This document shows positions 1 through 13,826 of a DNA stretch of 64,000 nucleotides, one piece after another. The first letter of the stretch is position 1, and each line of letters opens with the position of its first letter. The position numbers and the translations under genes were made by a program. The stretch is from Lophium mytilinum (lineage: Eukaryota), in NCBI GenBank assembly GCA_010093605.1, contig MU004191.1, positions 1,162,816-1,226,815 on the forward strand, in the 5' to 3' direction. The notes under the pieces are model-generated. The model was not told the origin of the DNA. It did not search any database and worked only from the letters and a program-made list of their open reading frames with translations.

Positions 1-1634
1 AGGTCCTACGACGAGCAACCGCGAAAGCAGCTAGTGGAGAGGGGTGGAGCGTACCAAAAGCAGTGAAATCGACAGTGGCAGAGCTTAGTGGAAAAGGGGG
101 AGAAATGATGATGGGAATGGTTGGTCGCGACAAAGCTGGAATTGCAGAGGTTGAGACTGTGGATCTCGAAAGATTTGTCGAGCTTGTCCATGGAGAGCGA
201 GCGAAATGGCTGTGGTATGGCAAATTGCGAAAGTCTACCACGAACGACATGTTTAGTCGACTACCAGAGGAAGAAAGTATGATATTCCAGAAGGATGACC
301 AAGGTGGCTATGCTTGGTCGAGACAGAGAAGAGAGTCTATGATGGACAATCAACCCGTACGACGACGCGATACGGAAGGAGATCGGCCCACAGACGCGCA
401 TTCCACGTTTGATGGTTTTGAGAGGGATCCGTTCTCCAAACGAGCGGTTCTGAAGAAGGCTACTGGGAAGATTGATGCTCGAAGCGGATTTGGTCGAATC
501 AAAGAAGCTGTCGGACGGCGAAGTCATCAGCCAAAGTCGTCGAAAGACGAGAATGGAAATATGGCAGCGCCACAAACTAGACCCAGCGATAGCTCTGCTT
601 CCCAACGATTAAGTAGGATTGTATCGGAAGATTCACCGATCCTTAGAAAAACGGATTCTAGAGACTCTACGTACGATCCTGAAAGCGTGCCAACTTCGAC
701 TATATCACTTCGGGGCAATAATTTCTTTCGTACGGAGCTGGGACCGGCAATTGCAAAGACATTAACAGAAACGCCTCAGGAGACACAGGATGCTTTCATA
801 AGAGACCATGGATTAGCCAATGGCGAGGATCAGATTGAAGGTGATATTGCGCGAAAGGACGACACGGACAACGAAACGAAACCTCCTACGGCTAACACAT
901 CTATCGCGGGCTCGGTATATAGAGGAGTCGACCTTACCAACCTCTTTCCACCAGGTGACGCAAGCCAGGATTGTGGGCAGCTGCTGCGCAAGACCCAGAG
1001 CTTTGAAGACCTTTCTCGGTATCACGCTGAGTCACGAAACGACGCCTGGTGGCCTCGTCATTTGTCTTTTAGCATGACTGAGGAGAGTATCCTCACTTGG
1101 AAGCCAATTGCGAGCGAACGCAAGGAAGATCCAGATCTAAAAGCGCCCCCTAAAGTCGAGATGAAGAAACAACTGGCCCTCGCTGAAGATGCGAAGCGTA
1201 TGCGTGAGCGGTTGACCTTGCTGGACAACCTTGAAGGTTCTTGGGTAGAGGAGCGTATTGGCAGTATCCAAGAATTGAGCACTCAAGCAGACCTCGATAC
1301 TCAAGAACTCGAGACTCTGTTCTATCCACGCCAAGACGAGTACCAAGCTCTCCGAGAAGACGCACATGAGATCATGACAACGGAGCGGTTAAGACTGCAA
1401 GATGCCGCCAAAGACATGGAAGTTCTTGGCGCGAAACTCGAATATGAGATCAACGGCTTGAGAAGTAGAGTCGATGACGCAGATGACGCCTTAGCCGAGT
1501 ACGAGAGACAGGTCAAGACGGTTGAAGATAAAGTCAAGGAACTGGAGGATTTCAGAAGAGAGAAGGAGAACTGGGTTCATTGGATGTTTCGCATCATGAC
1601 AGGCATCGGAAGACCGCCTGAGCCTTCGTCGTAA
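1..1634 (+). CDS. 3' part of a Sin3-binding Stb2/Stb6-like protein with a C-terminal coiled coil (5' end outside the window)
   Basis: Frame open from the window edge to the stop at 1634. The segment AGIAEVETVDLERFVELVHGERAKWLWYGK resembles filamentous-fungal Stb2/Stb6 proteins as I recall them. The C-terminus is heptad-rich (LEYEINGLRSRVDDADDALAEYERQV). Confidence 0.65.
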   Translation, partial: VLRRATAKAASGEGWSVPKAVKSTVAELSGKGGEMMMGMVGRDKAGIAEVETVDLERFVELVHGERAKWLWYGKLRKSTTNDMFSRLPEEESMIFQKDDQGGYAWSRQRRESMMDNQPVRRRDTEGDRPTDAHSTFDGFERDPFSKRAVLKKATGKIDARSGFGRIKEAVGRRSHQPKSSKDENGNMAAPQTRPSDSSASQRLSRIVSEDSPILRKTDSRDSTYDPESVPTSTISLRGNNFFRTELGPAIAKTLTETPQETQDAFIRDHGLANGEDQIEGDIARKDDTDNETKPPTANTSIAGSVYRGVDLTNLFPPGDASQDCGQLLRKTQSFEDLSRYHAESRNDAWWPRHLSFSMTEESILTWKPIASERKEDPDLKAPPKVEMKKQLALAEDAKRMRERLTLLDNLEGSWVEERIGSIQELSTQADLDTQELETLFYPRQDEYQALREDAHEIMTTERLRLQDAAKDMEVLGAKLEYEINGLRSRVDDADDALAEYERQVKTVEDKVKELEDFRREKENWVHWMFRIMTGIGRPPEPSS

Positions 1635-2922
1635 AGTACATGTATGAGAGATGATATGATATGTAAGACTGTAAGATTCATCGGCCTGAACGAGGAACCG
1701 ATTGTAACTGCTAGGTAGTGTGCTTATGATTCATTGTTCTTTTCCAACTCTTCTTCCTGTGCCTGTTGTGCATGTTTCAAAATCAACCAGTTGTGCTTAC
1801 TTCATCTACTCTACCTAGGAGAGGGACAGCATGCAGCATTACCCGACGAGCTAGTGTCTTCCCAGGAACGCCCAGCCAAGAGAAACCCAGGGCCTTCTTT
1901 CGAGACACGTCAAGCACGCTAGAACTCTTCGAGCCTTCAAGGTGTGTTAGTCCGGCACAGCCGGATAATTCTAAGACATTACATTCACCAAATGGAGTTC
2001 AAGGCGATTTATCGAAGTGGATTTCCGAAGCCTCTTATACAAGCAGCGCTAGGAGGCCTATAATGAAGTAGGGTAGCTAGAAGGTGGTTCCTCAGTCTGA
2101 GCCTTTGAATGTCCATGGACCTGATGATATCACAGTGGGCGGAACGCCCTGTCACAATCGTCCGAGGCTCACGACAAAAACGATAAAGCCCAGGAAATTC
2201 ACCCCACAGTACCGACCTACGTGTGGTCGAGGGTGGCTCAGATGCTTGGACGCTTCATGCTCCCAGGTATATCCCTCTACATAAACATCACGTGATCCGC
2301 GATTCACCAACCATCAGGATCCACCTCCAGCCTTGTCAAACAGCTAGACCGCAATTCTTTATTCGACACCATGGCTTTCCTTGCGCACATTCGAGACACG
2401 TCTACATCAGCACGGCCTCACTTTGTCGCATGTACAACTTTTCGAGATAAAGCTCCGAGGAGGGATTGCTTCAGCTTCTGCATCAGCCACTGTCCAATCT
2501 GCGAACGTGGCCTTGCATGACGGACACCGGGGTACCTCCATGTTATCCATTCGTATTTTCTACTATCAATGCATTTACCATCAGTCCTTCGACGTCATTT
2601 TCTGATATCCGTCTGACTGCGATCGCGAAGATCCTGGTAACCATGCTGCGATCATGCGAATCGACAGGCAGCGTAGTCGTTATAGCCTTGGACGAAGCAC
2701 ATCTAGGTGGAAGAAAGGAGTTGGCTCTGGCTTTGAGCCTGCCACCGTCATATCTCCTTAGTCTGCAACTCTTATCCATAAGATCTACTAATCGTAATTC
2801 TGCTCTTGTACTTTCAATACTCACACTCAACCTGCTATTAAACTCCCTCACAAACTCTTACCCCTAGCGCAATCTTCCAGGCGCTGCGTTGGGATTCTTC
2901 ACGTGCTTTGATCTTCCTATAC

Positions 2923-4510
2923 ATGGCGCAGGAGTCCCCACCATCAGCCCTTCCGGCCTTCTATGCAGAGAGAGCGTCTGGTGCCGTCCTAAAACAGCCG
3001 TCCGGTGAAAGCCACGATGCCTTACTCACTTCCCCAACTCATGCCCTCAGTTCGCCCAGCCACCCCCAGCGCGATGACCGCATGCATCGTGATAACGCCT
3101 TATCACCAATCGAGGGCTCCGACGTAGGAGGAGAGATCCCAACTAGGACGAGTTCTCAAAGAGGTCCAGCCGAAATACAGCGATGGGGGGGCTACTCTGA
3201 CGGCGGTCGACGAAGTGACGACTATGGATACAGGGGATACTACCCAGACCGCCGGCGAACAACGGACGGGCCCTATTACCCAGACCATTGGACGCCGCCC
3301 CGAGAGCCATACCCAGATTACTTCGAAGAGGAAAGAAGACCTCCTCCAAGGGCGTACCGCAGAGGCGCGGGTCACTCCAGACCGCCACCTACCCACAGGA
3401 ACTATCGCAGCGAGCGATATACCGAAGGGCCTCCCTCTGGAGGTCCCAAGGTTCACTACGAGTCTGACTATGGTAGTGAAGATGAGTACCCACCACAGCG
3501 GCCGACCTTGTCGAACATGGCCGCGACTCTGGCCAAAGGTGGAAACGGAGGCCGACCGCCCTCCGCAGAGGCGATTTTGCGCATTCCGTGGACTGCGTGG
3601 ATGAACTCCCGCTTGAAGAATCGTAAGCACTCTCCAATGCTGAAGTATACAGCCGCTAATAAAGCCCAGACTTCGTTGCTTTCATCGGCGAATTCGTTGG
3701 CACCACTATGTTTCTCTTCTTCGCTTTCGCAGGGACCCAAGTCGCCAACATCGGATCCGGAAACGGCGCTGGGAACACCACTACCGGAGGCGATACCGGG
3801 TTCAACGTGCAGGTACTGCTTTACATCTCGGTGGTGTTCGGCTTCAGTCTGATGGTCAACGTGTGGGTCTTCTTCCGCATCAGCGGTGGACTCTTCAATC
3901 CTGCCGTCTCACTTGCGATGTTGATGACAAAGGCGATGTCGATGACTCGATGCACCATACTGGTGGTCGCGCAGCTTGCAGGCAGCATCTTTGCATCGTA
4001 TCTTGTCAGCGTTATGTTTCCGACGCCCTTGAACGTTCGTACAACGCTCTCCACGGACACATCGATTGCGCGAGGCATTTTCATCGAGGCGGTGCTGACA
4101 GCCGAGCTTGTTTTTACTATCTTTATGCTTGCGAAGGAGAAGCATAGGGCAACCTTCATCGCGCCCGTCGGAATCGGACTCGCGCTTTTCGTCGCAGAGT
4201 TGGTCGGAGTCTTTTATACTGGTGGTTCTTTGAATCCAGCGAGAAGTTTTGGCCCTTGCGTTGTGACTGGCATATTCGACAAAGAGCACTGGATATATTG
4301 TGAGTTCTGGACAACTTCTCTGGTAATATGCTTGAACTGACTCAGGGGTTTCTAGGGGTGGGTCCAGGCATTGGTGCTGTGATAGCAGTCGCCTTCTATA
4401 AGGTCATTAAGGTTCTTGAGTACGAGATGGCGAATCCTGGGCAAGACGATGATGGCGGGGAGGACTTGGAGGCTGCGATGGCCCATAGCACGAAGGAAAG
4501 GGCGAGATGA
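2923..4510 (+). CDS. Aquaporin (MIP family) with a long N-terminal extension; 3 exons
   Basis: Two NPA boxes (SGGLFNPAV, GGSLNPARSFGP). GT-AG introns 3623-3669 and 4300-4355 join the frames to give NHFVAFIGEFVGTTMFLFFAF and HWIYWVGP. Confidence 0.93.
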
Positions 4511-5334
4511 AGTGAATCTACATGATGCTCTTAGAAATGACCTCAGGCCTACGACACCGGTACGAATCTCGTTCACTGGAGGCACAGTTCAGCCATAAGA
4601 CTTCTTAAAGCGTAAAGACCAGCGTAGCGGAAGTCAAACAACCTTTTGGGTCGGCTACCTGATAACCGAGCTACTCTAGACGGTGGTGTTGGCATGGAAA
4701 GCCGAACTTAAGTACTAATTTACCTTTATGTCCAGACTTACGGCCTAGTACTATGTTTGGTATCGGAAACATGAGTATGTGTACGGACCTACGAGATTAT
4801 TTCAATACCTTAGATACCTTAGATACACAAACCACTCTTCCTGTAGATGAAGTACCGATTCCTATGAAACAAACTGCGCAAAGAATATCTTTCTGTAGAC
4901 TCGTCTGAGGTGCAGTGGACACGAAGGCCTACACGGATCATACTTAGAGTGGTTATGTAATCCACCGTTATCAGCATTGTTGATATGGCATTGCAGTGAA
5001 GAGGACAAGAGTGCGACTATAAGATGACATCCAGGAGAAAGAATCGCGTGCCTCAAGAATGCTGCATTAAGATAGAATCCTGACTTGCAGTAGTCGTAAA
5101 GCAATGCTGCATCTCTGCTTGGAGGAGCAGTGCAATATAGTACAAAGAAAGCAACCAACCAGAATATAATACATCCCATCGATCGAGATGGTACCAGAGC
5201 TCTCCTAGAGCCTCTGCCTTATGCCAGACCAACGGATAGCTCGCCCACCAACCCATTTATCGCTAATTCGCTCACTAACACCCGCTTACACGCTTGACAA
5301 CACCGCCTGCCAAATGAAAGCGCAATGCTCATCT

Positions 5335-6013
5335 TCACGTCCTCCTAAACTTCGCCGGGATATTCGCCTCCACAATACCAGCCTTCTCCTTCGCCTCCCA
5401 CTCATCCCTCTCATCCTCCTCCCGATCATGTTTCGCAAAATGCGCAATATCCTCGGGATGTATCAAATCCTCCTCCTTCGCATCATCCCCGTGGTATTTT
5501 TCGAAGTGGTGAATCTCATACTCGTACTCATCATCTCCATGATGCCCTGGGCCCATTCCGAAATCCGGCAGCACTGAGCCCTTGGCGTAGGCGATTGTGA
5601 ATTCCGCGAAGGAGATGCCGCCGGATTTGTCCGTGTCGTAGAGGTCCATGACAGTTTTCACGACAAAGGCTTTGCGGTCTTCGGAGATGGATGCGGTGGA
5701 TTCGTCCATGAGCCCGTAGATGCGGCGGACGTCGTCGGGGGACCAGTTGCCCGTGGAATCGAAGTCGTGCAGGGTGAAGAAGACGCCGGCGTCGAAGGCG
5801 GAGATGTGGTGCTCCTCTGCGGAAAGTCAATTGGTACCTTCAGCGAAGCGCGTAGCCTCGGGGTAGCCTACCGGCCATGTGTCTCGTTGCCCAGTCTGCG
5901 TCAGCTGGGATTGGGATTTGTTCATGGCCGCCGTGGGCGAGTGCTCCGGGCAGTAAGGTTGCTGGTAGAAGGAGAAGCGCGGAAACACGCTGCAGGCATG
6001 GTCGCATGATCAT
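5335..6013 (-). CDS. SSP120: Secretory-pathway EF-hand protein (Ssp120-like)
   Basis: Signal peptide ending in ALA-HGGH. DWATRHMA/EEHHISAFDAGVFFTLHDFD is joined across intron 5817-5871. EF-hand DTDKSGGISFAEF, plus LPDFGMGPGHHGDDEYEYEIHHFEKYH and a C-terminal NIPAKF. Confidence 0.88.
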
Positions 6014-6732
6014 CGTGGAAACAGAATTCGCTGAAAGAGTGCTGACGTTTGAGAAGGGACTGCTAAAAAGGCAATTGACGAAAGGAGTGTTGACGCAAAC
6101 AATCTGTCGTTGCACGTTTGAAGCGCCCCTATCAATCTTATCTCCGAGCACGTGATGCTTGGCAAGAATAGAAAGAGAGGCTTGCGTCTTATATTCTGAA
6201 AATTTAGATGAGATGAGGGTTGAAGAATATTGAAAATCCACTTCTGGCGAACTGATCGCAGGTGATGCCTTCAAGAACTTGCTTGGATTCTTGAAATCCC
6301 CAGAACGAGCTAGGTACCTCCTGCAAGGGAAACCGAAACAATTGAGTGAATTTCTGTAACTTGCAAAAGAGTGACGTCAGATGAATTGAGTGATGTTTTC
6401 ATATTTTTAGTGAACACCTGGAGAAAATATATGCAGAAGGACAGCAGCCAACTGAGGCCTCGCCATATCGTTCATTGAATTCGGTCCCTTGGTACTCTTG
6501 AAGGAATAATTTCATAAGTGCAACTGTCTAGTAGAGCCGCTAGCTACCATCCCATAAGCCTGATCCTCCGAAGAAGTATAGGCCTAATCAGCAGTCGTCC
6601 CCAGAGCCCCGCTAGCTCTTCTCACTGCCCTCATGTAATGCCCCATTCCTCCGTGATGTGTATTTTGAACAGCACGACAGCATCGCCATCCCATTTCCCA
6701 GTCATTAGGTGGAAATCGCACGTAGACTCTAT

Positions 6733-7694
6733 CTACAAGTCGCCGTCCTCTTCGTCAGGCAGGGGCATCTCAGCCGCATCCTGCATCTCTTTTTGATACT
6801 GCTCGAGAACAGCCTGGTCCACCTGGACCTCCGGGGGCGCAAGGGCGGGGGCAGCGACGAATTCCTAGTCGTTTTGTTAGTGTGTGTCTTTCCTATAGTG
6901 AGCAGGCTGTTTTACCAAGGTCTGGTTGCCGACAAGCTTCCTCGCAAGCCACAAGAACGGCTTCTCGAAGTTGTAGTTGGATTTGGCGGATATGTCGTAG
7001 TACTGGAGGTTCTTCTTGCGATGGAAGGTGATGGTCTTTGCCTTGACTTTGCGCTCCTTCACGTCGACCTTGTTGCCACAGAGCACGATTGGGATGTTCT
7101 CGCAGACACGAACGAGATCACCTGTGGGGTAGTTAGTAGACATTTCTCTGCAATCGGAGCTACGATCGGAGCGTACGGTGCCAGTTGGGAACGTTCTTGT
7201 ATGTGATACGCGACGTCACATCGAACATGATGATGCCACATTGGCCGTTGATGTAGTAGCCATCACGGAGACCGCCGAACTTCTCTTGTCCGGCCGTGTC
7301 CCAAACGTCGAACTGGATCGCGCCCAAGTTCTGCAGCTAGTTAGAATGGCCAAAAAATCGTCGCCGTATTGCGGGGAGGGGGTCCCATACTGTGGTGAAT
7401 CCAAGAGGATGGACCTCCACACCCAGAGTCGCGATGTACTTTTTCTCGAACTCTCCGGTGATGTGACGCTTCACGAAAGTTGTCTAAAGATTGAAACCCT
7501 CGTTAGCCATGCGTAGTTGGGTAGCGAGGGCGACAGCAGCACGGCTGCTATGGTACCCCGCGGAGAGGCTGGGAGAAGTCTGTCCGTGACGCCAGAGTGG
7601 ATAAGGAGCATCTTACCTTGCCGGTGCCACCATCTCCGACGAGCACGAGCTTGAAGGTGGGTGGGGCTTGCGCGGCAGCGCTGGCTTCAGCCAT
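6733..7694 (-). CDS. GSP1: Ran GTPase; 5 exons
   Basis: The spliced product contains [66 protein letters not shown] and the acidic tail LPDEEDGDL. Confidence 0.98.
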
Positions 7695-8191
7695 GGTCGC
7701 GAAGTGTTGCGGGGTGGAGGGAGTCAATTGGGGGGTTGCGACAGAGACTGTGCAGTCTGAGCGTTAGTGGGTTCATAGTAGATAAGAGGCAAGAGGTGGA
7801 AACACGGTGGGGCGACAAACCTTTGCGTGAAAGAGTAGTGTAGTGCTGGGGTGCAGTGGTGAGAGTGTTTGGGTCGTGGGGGCAAAGATGCAGGCGGGTT
7901 GAATTTGTTGTGAGGTGTTGGCGGTCAAAGCGGTCAGTCCGCCGCTAATGTAAGCAAGCACAGCAGTCACGTGACTATAACATTCTACCAGGCGACAGCA
8001 AGGCAGCCAGGCAGAAGCAGCAGGCAGATTGGTTGGAAATCATTGTCTTGCCTATCCTATTTGGCAAAAGCGCCGTGACGCCGGGATATCATGCTATTTT
8101 GTTTCAGTCCGTTTCGCCCGAAATGAGTGCTCCAGTCCATGCATGCCACGATCAACCCGAAAACCTTTCGTCTCGAATCTTCCACTGGAAA

Positions 8192-9126
8192 CTATACTGG
8201 CAACAAATGACACCCTAGCATTCCTCGGCCACCCCAATTCTTTCGCGGTGTCAGGTTCATCTGGACTTCTTGGGCCCGGCCGCCGGATGTGCTGGCTCGA
8301 AGTGCCTTCACGATAATGGGCAACTAAAGCATGGTCAGCAACTTCATATTACCAACCATCGATTCATAGAGAAAGCTAGTCTCAAGCGATGGGGTAGGTC
8401 TGGGACTAAGAGAAGAGATATCGAGCCGCTGGCGGACAACTCACCCCTTCATTTTGGGAGACAACCTCCGCCACCTTGCTGAGCTTATCATGATTGGTCC
8501 AGTCTACGGTGCCAAACTTCACGATGCTGTCTCCAGCTTGCAGACCCGCAGACTCTGCTGGACTACCAGGAACCACGCTGTTGACCTTGGCAAATGGAGC
8601 CTCGAGCGTTCCAGCTCCTGAACTGCCTGCTAATGGGTCTAGGGTGCTGGTTGACGAAGCCGTTCCGTTTTGTGCTGCCTCCGCCATCGCTGCGTGGTGA
8701 GCATGTAGGCCCTTTTCAATGCGACCCATGAGGCCCTTGTAGTCGTTCTTCAGCCGTATTATCCGTGCTCTTGTTGTGCGAACTGTGTCTCAAGTCAGGG
8801 CCTGTATCACAGTATTTCGAGGTGGTATGTACTCTGCGCTACATCGATGTCGGCTCTTGGGAATCCATCAAAAGTCGTGAGGCCCGTGTTCATGTTGACA
8901 CCGTGCTGTACAAACGAATGTTAGCTAGTAGTGAATAAGATTAGATCATAAGCCTCACAGAGTCAAGGACAGAACCCAAAGCAGAGAGCTCTGCTTCGAG
9001 CCGATCTTTCTCGCGAATGAGTTCCATCAACGAGAGCTTGTCTTTCGAGACCCCGTTTGAATAGCCGGAGGACGTTGGCCCTGAGGACACCGTCGGCGCA
9101 TGTATGTCGTCCATTCGTAATCCCAT
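8192..9126 (-). CDS. NAS2: 26S proteasome assembly chaperone p27 (PDZ domain); 4 exons
   Basis: MGLRMDDIHAPTV, DGFPRADIDVAQ/RTTRARIIRLKNDYK, the PDZ segment FAKVNSVVPGSPAESAGLQAGD, and the terminal LTPRKNWGGRGMLGCHLLPV. Confidence 0.93.
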
Positions 9127-9759
9127 GGATTCGGAGACTAAGAGCTCTTGTAAGGTTGAGTTGGTGGAGAAGATGGCGCGAAGATCAATGAACGTGAGCA
9201 TGTGGGGTATTCCCGAAGATTACCCGCTCGAGTTAACTCCACTACCTCCACCTGCTCCTCTCCTTTCTTTCCATCTCAAAACTCCGTTCTTGATGTGATC
9301 CTTCATCTGATCCGAGAAACCAAACAACCTTTTCATTGACCCCTGATGATAGGCAATGCATGACCAGAACGGATCGCGCCACAAAGCCCTTCTAGTCTCA
9401 CCAGGTTGAGCGCAATCATTAGTTTGCTATGCAAATTACATATGTAGACACCGCGAAACAAGCTCCTGTAGTACATAACAGGGCCATGGTAGCAATGCAA
9501 ACCTTTCCTCCGAAGCCGGCATGTCGTCCCTTCCCTCAGTCCTGCAAGTCCGCGTCACGTCAAGTGCAATTTGGTCCATCTGTTCTTTCTCAGAATACCA
9601 CGTTTTCTCTTTCTGTACACGTGCAACCAGACATTCGTCCCAATCCACCTTCTTCCGTCCTGCCTTCAGTTCCGGCTTCATTTTGGTCAAAGAATATTTA
9701 TCTTTCCAATCGACAAGCCCATGCTTCGCCCATGAGCTCGCCTGGGCCTCTCTTTCGCC

Positions 9760-12700
9760 ATGGCATATGTCCTCTCCCTCCGTCCTCAGAGTCCACTGAA
9801 ACGTTCTTTCAGTGAAACACCCTACCTGAGGTCTTACTCGACTTTGCAAGAAGACACGCAGCTTGCAGCGTTCCCGCAACTTTCATCTCGGATTTCAGTC
9901 GGCTCTTTGAAGTCTTTCGTATCTGTCCAGGCCAGTCCAAGGCCTCACAGCAATGAAAATACACCACCCAAACGCAAGAGCAGATTCAATGCTACCAAGG
10001 CTGCGCCTACGGAACTCAGTCTGTCCTACAACATTCGACAGCCGGACGTGGTGGCTGAGCTCCATCGGTCGTCGTCCTCGACTTACATAGGATCACCCGA
10101 ATTCTCATTGGATCAAGGAAATACGTTGGATTGCGACCTCGATAGCCTTAAAAAAGAAAACGACTCTGTTCGACACGATGAAAACAGCCCAGGCCTTGTC
10201 GACTCCAGATCAGAATCAGACATTTGCTCCTTTTATGATGCGCTCCTGATCCCACTACCCGACAGCCGATCATCCGATAGCACCGAATCTTACGAGACTG
10301 TCGAGGAGCCTGCGCAGATCGTCATTGAGATTAGTCCACCGCCTTTCATGAGATGGATAAGCACACTAAGGAAGAAGCATGCCGTGAAAGGCACCACATA
10401 TCGGTCGGACTGGAGGTCTTCTGGTGATGATGATACTGGTGACGACCTCGACTCGGCATTATGGCTTATGCCTCACATCATTGAATCACCTCGAAAGGAT
10501 TCTGGATCAGTGTCTTCGTCCCTAGGATTTGTAACAGCGATCAAGTCTGCCTCAATAACTTTGGCAAGCGTCAGTATAGCTACTTGCTCACATGGAGGGC
10601 TTCACAAGATCAAGTCAAGGGGAACCAGAAGTAGCGGACTCTCGGAAGCTAGGAACTCGATAGACAGCAGTTCTGCCGCCCTTGGACCAATCATGGATGA
10701 AGGAACATGGTTCCGTTCGGTACAGCGTCGAAAGATCCTTGAAGAGTTGATCGCATCCGAGGAGGGCTACATTGGGGATATTAAGATTCTTGTCAATGTA
10801 AGCAAGCTCATTCTGCTCTGATCGACATTAACGAGTTATCTTAGGAATACTTCATGATTCTGGCAGCAGTACCAGGCCTCCCTGCACATATCAGAATGGC
10901 AATACAGCAAAACGTGACACAAATATTGCAATTGCATGAGGATATACTCGGCGAACTTCACAAGGTGATTCCACATGCGGAGTATACGCACACTGCACGC
11001 CATGCATCCTACCCAGTTACCAAAGCGAAACACATCCGCTTTCACAGCGCTGATGTGATACCTGGACGATTCCATGAGACCCGGAGACCGAGTCACAAAA
11101 CGCGGCGTTCCCTTGATAATGGCGCCACTCCAGATCATCGGCCGCGCGGTCTGGTGACCGATACCCAAACTGCCGCAAATGTTGCCAAGATATTCAACAA
11201 ACACGTATGTTCCCTCTCGTCACTGCTATGCGCATGGTGATGCTAACATGATGTTTGCAGATGAATCGTTTCTTTGCTTACGAGGAATATGGTGCCCATT
11301 GGACCGCGATGTCACAAGAGTTGACCTCAACTTGCAAAAACCTGCCATCTTGGCATGCCTACGAAAGAGGAGTCGAGGCGCTGTCGAAAACACTCACATC
11401 AGAAAACAATCGCGAGGCCAACAGTCGTAAAGCCCTAAGTTTCTCGGACTTGTTGATCAAGGTAAATGACTTACGAAGCTTCCAACTCTTATGCTAATAC
11501 TCGCTACACAGCCGATTCAAAGGGTCTGCAAATACCCTCTTCTGTTCTCTGACTTGTGTCGTTACACGCCTGTCTACGATGACCCGGAGGCTCATGCGGA
11601 GCTCCAGAGAGCTGTTTTTCGCCTACATGAAGCCATCCGTGAGGTCAACAAAGCGAAAGACGATCCGAGGAGAAGGCGACTAATTGAAGCCACATGGCAA
11701 CTTCAAGATCGCTTGGCTTTCCCCGAAGAGGTATCAACACTGAGTAAATTGACAGCTATTATGAGCTGATAATGACCTAGAATACCATTTCCCGCACCGC
11801 TGTTTTTCGATTGTTGGGGCACGTGCTCCTCTGTGGAGTTCTTCACGTGGCGTACCAATCCCCAGAGCGGCCAAAGGGGCAATATATGATTTGCGTTCTT
11901 TACAAAACCTGCCTGATTCTTGCGACGACCGATCCGTCCTCCTACAAAATCTACAATGTCGTAGCTGCCATATCCCTCGCCAATGGTAGCATTGAACCAC
12001 CAAGCAACGGCCGAGGTATTTCCTTTCCGAATGCCCTCTTAGTGCAGTCACTAAATGCATGCAGGACTTCAGTGTCATACCGCTCAGCATACTTGGAAGC
12101 TTGTCTTTGAACAAGATCATCGCATTTTCGACGTCATTTTGAGCGCTTGCACAGCGCGAGAAGAAGAAACGTGGAAGCACAACCTTCAAGAACGTATAAG
12201 TGCCGAAACTCACGACCTGACTGAAGAAAGTCCTGCTACTCGGGATACATACTCGTCCCTTTGCCTGGATATACGTTCCATTGGCCCAGTCTTTGGATCG
12301 GAGGAAAATCTTCGTCGAAGAATGTCAGTCCACCGAGCGGCGACCATGGGGCCTAAATGCAATTCCAACCAAGTCATCATCCAAGGTACGCAAGCGCAGA
12401 AGATCCAGGAGCCCAGCCAATCTACCGTTTCTCTTCCGGTTGCTCGTTCGAAGTCGCATTTATCCTCCCACTTCATCCCCACGTTAGCTCCACGAAGAGG
12501 AGAGAGGACTAGGCTCGAGACTGTGATAGAAGATGTCTGGACAAAGGACTTGTTGCCTTTTCCAGGCATGGCCCCTCGCCGCGCAGAAAATCCTCTCCGG
12601 GCGTCTGCAAACTCAGTCATGCGAAAACTCAGTATGGCTAGTATCGCCAGCAATTTCTCTAGGCGATCCCCTAGCTTTACAAGTCTTAGCCATACACGCT

Positions 12701-13191
12701 CGGAAGAATCTTTCTCGGGACTCCCAGGTCCTCCTGGTGGGATGCGGGCAAAGTCAGCGCTGTCGGTGCGGCGTCCAGCTCCAGCGCTGGTTGACTTCCA
12801 TAACGCACCTGCGGCCTTCCTCCCAACCGATTTCGAACTGCAGGACAAGACTGCTTCTCGCCAAAGACGGTTTGGGCACAAAACAACGTTAGCCTACCGC
12901 TCAAGCTATCGATCCGCAAAGAAAGCTCGACGGGATTCAGCCACGCAGATTCCCATGTTTCCGCAGCGACCAGTACTACCCGACCGAGTGGGTTACTCGA
13001 ATTGCTCAGACGACACGATAATCCACAAGCGTCCGCAAGGTAACCCGAACAACATCCTAGAGAACGAGATTCCTCGATGCAAATCCGCGCAATCAGCCCC
13101 CCCGACACGTGCTCCCTCCATGGCTAGTACTACTGCCCCGAAGAAACCATCACGTGTAAAGTCTACGCTTCACCGTTTCTTCAAGGGTTGA
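9760..13191 (+). CDS. Rho guanine nucleotide exchange factor (DH-PH); multi-exon
   Basis: DH motifs RRKILEELIASEEGYIGDIKIL and SFSDLLIK/PIQRVCKYPLLFSDL, followed by a PH-like region (GHVLLCGVLHVAY...WKLVFE...ILSACTAREEETWK). Several GT-AG introns link the ORF pieces. Confidence 0.88.
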
Positions 13192-13826
13192 TGAGCATTG
13201 TATTGGAATCACCGCCGCATGCATAAACCGCTCCCAACTACTTTCTACGTTGTATGCATATCGGCGCAAGCATGCTGGACACTGGCGTCATGGGGTTTGC
13301 ATAACTGGGGCCACGGATTTGAGGTTACAGGCGGTTTGCAGTTAGGGCTGCAGCTGCAAGGTACTCCCGCGCACGGGTTTCCTTTCTTGCAGCGGGCTTG
13401 TTTTGAACGGATTGATTGCGGGCTTGGAGGGGCTGTTTCACTGGGAGCAACACGGGCTTTTGGTTGCGTCACGCTGCGGGCGGGCTGCTGCACATCTCAT
13501 AGACCGCGAATAGATATCATCATCTTACTGCATTGCTTGCCAATCTGCTTGCCCTAATTAATTGCGTGCATCAAGGCAAACGTGATGGCTGCCCAGGCGT
13601 GCGTGCCTTGGGCTGGCCTTCGCGGGACGAGAAGCTTGGGCCATGCTATGACGTAGCTGGTGGGCGTACCTTGCTATATCACACGACCGCCTGCTCGTGA
13701 AGACACCTCCTCCAACTACAACTACCCCTCCAATCCAAAACACTCTCAAAGAACAATCTATCAAACTCTCAAGCTTCTACACCCTTCACCTATCCAAAAC
13801 CACCCACCAGACCATACCCAGCAATC

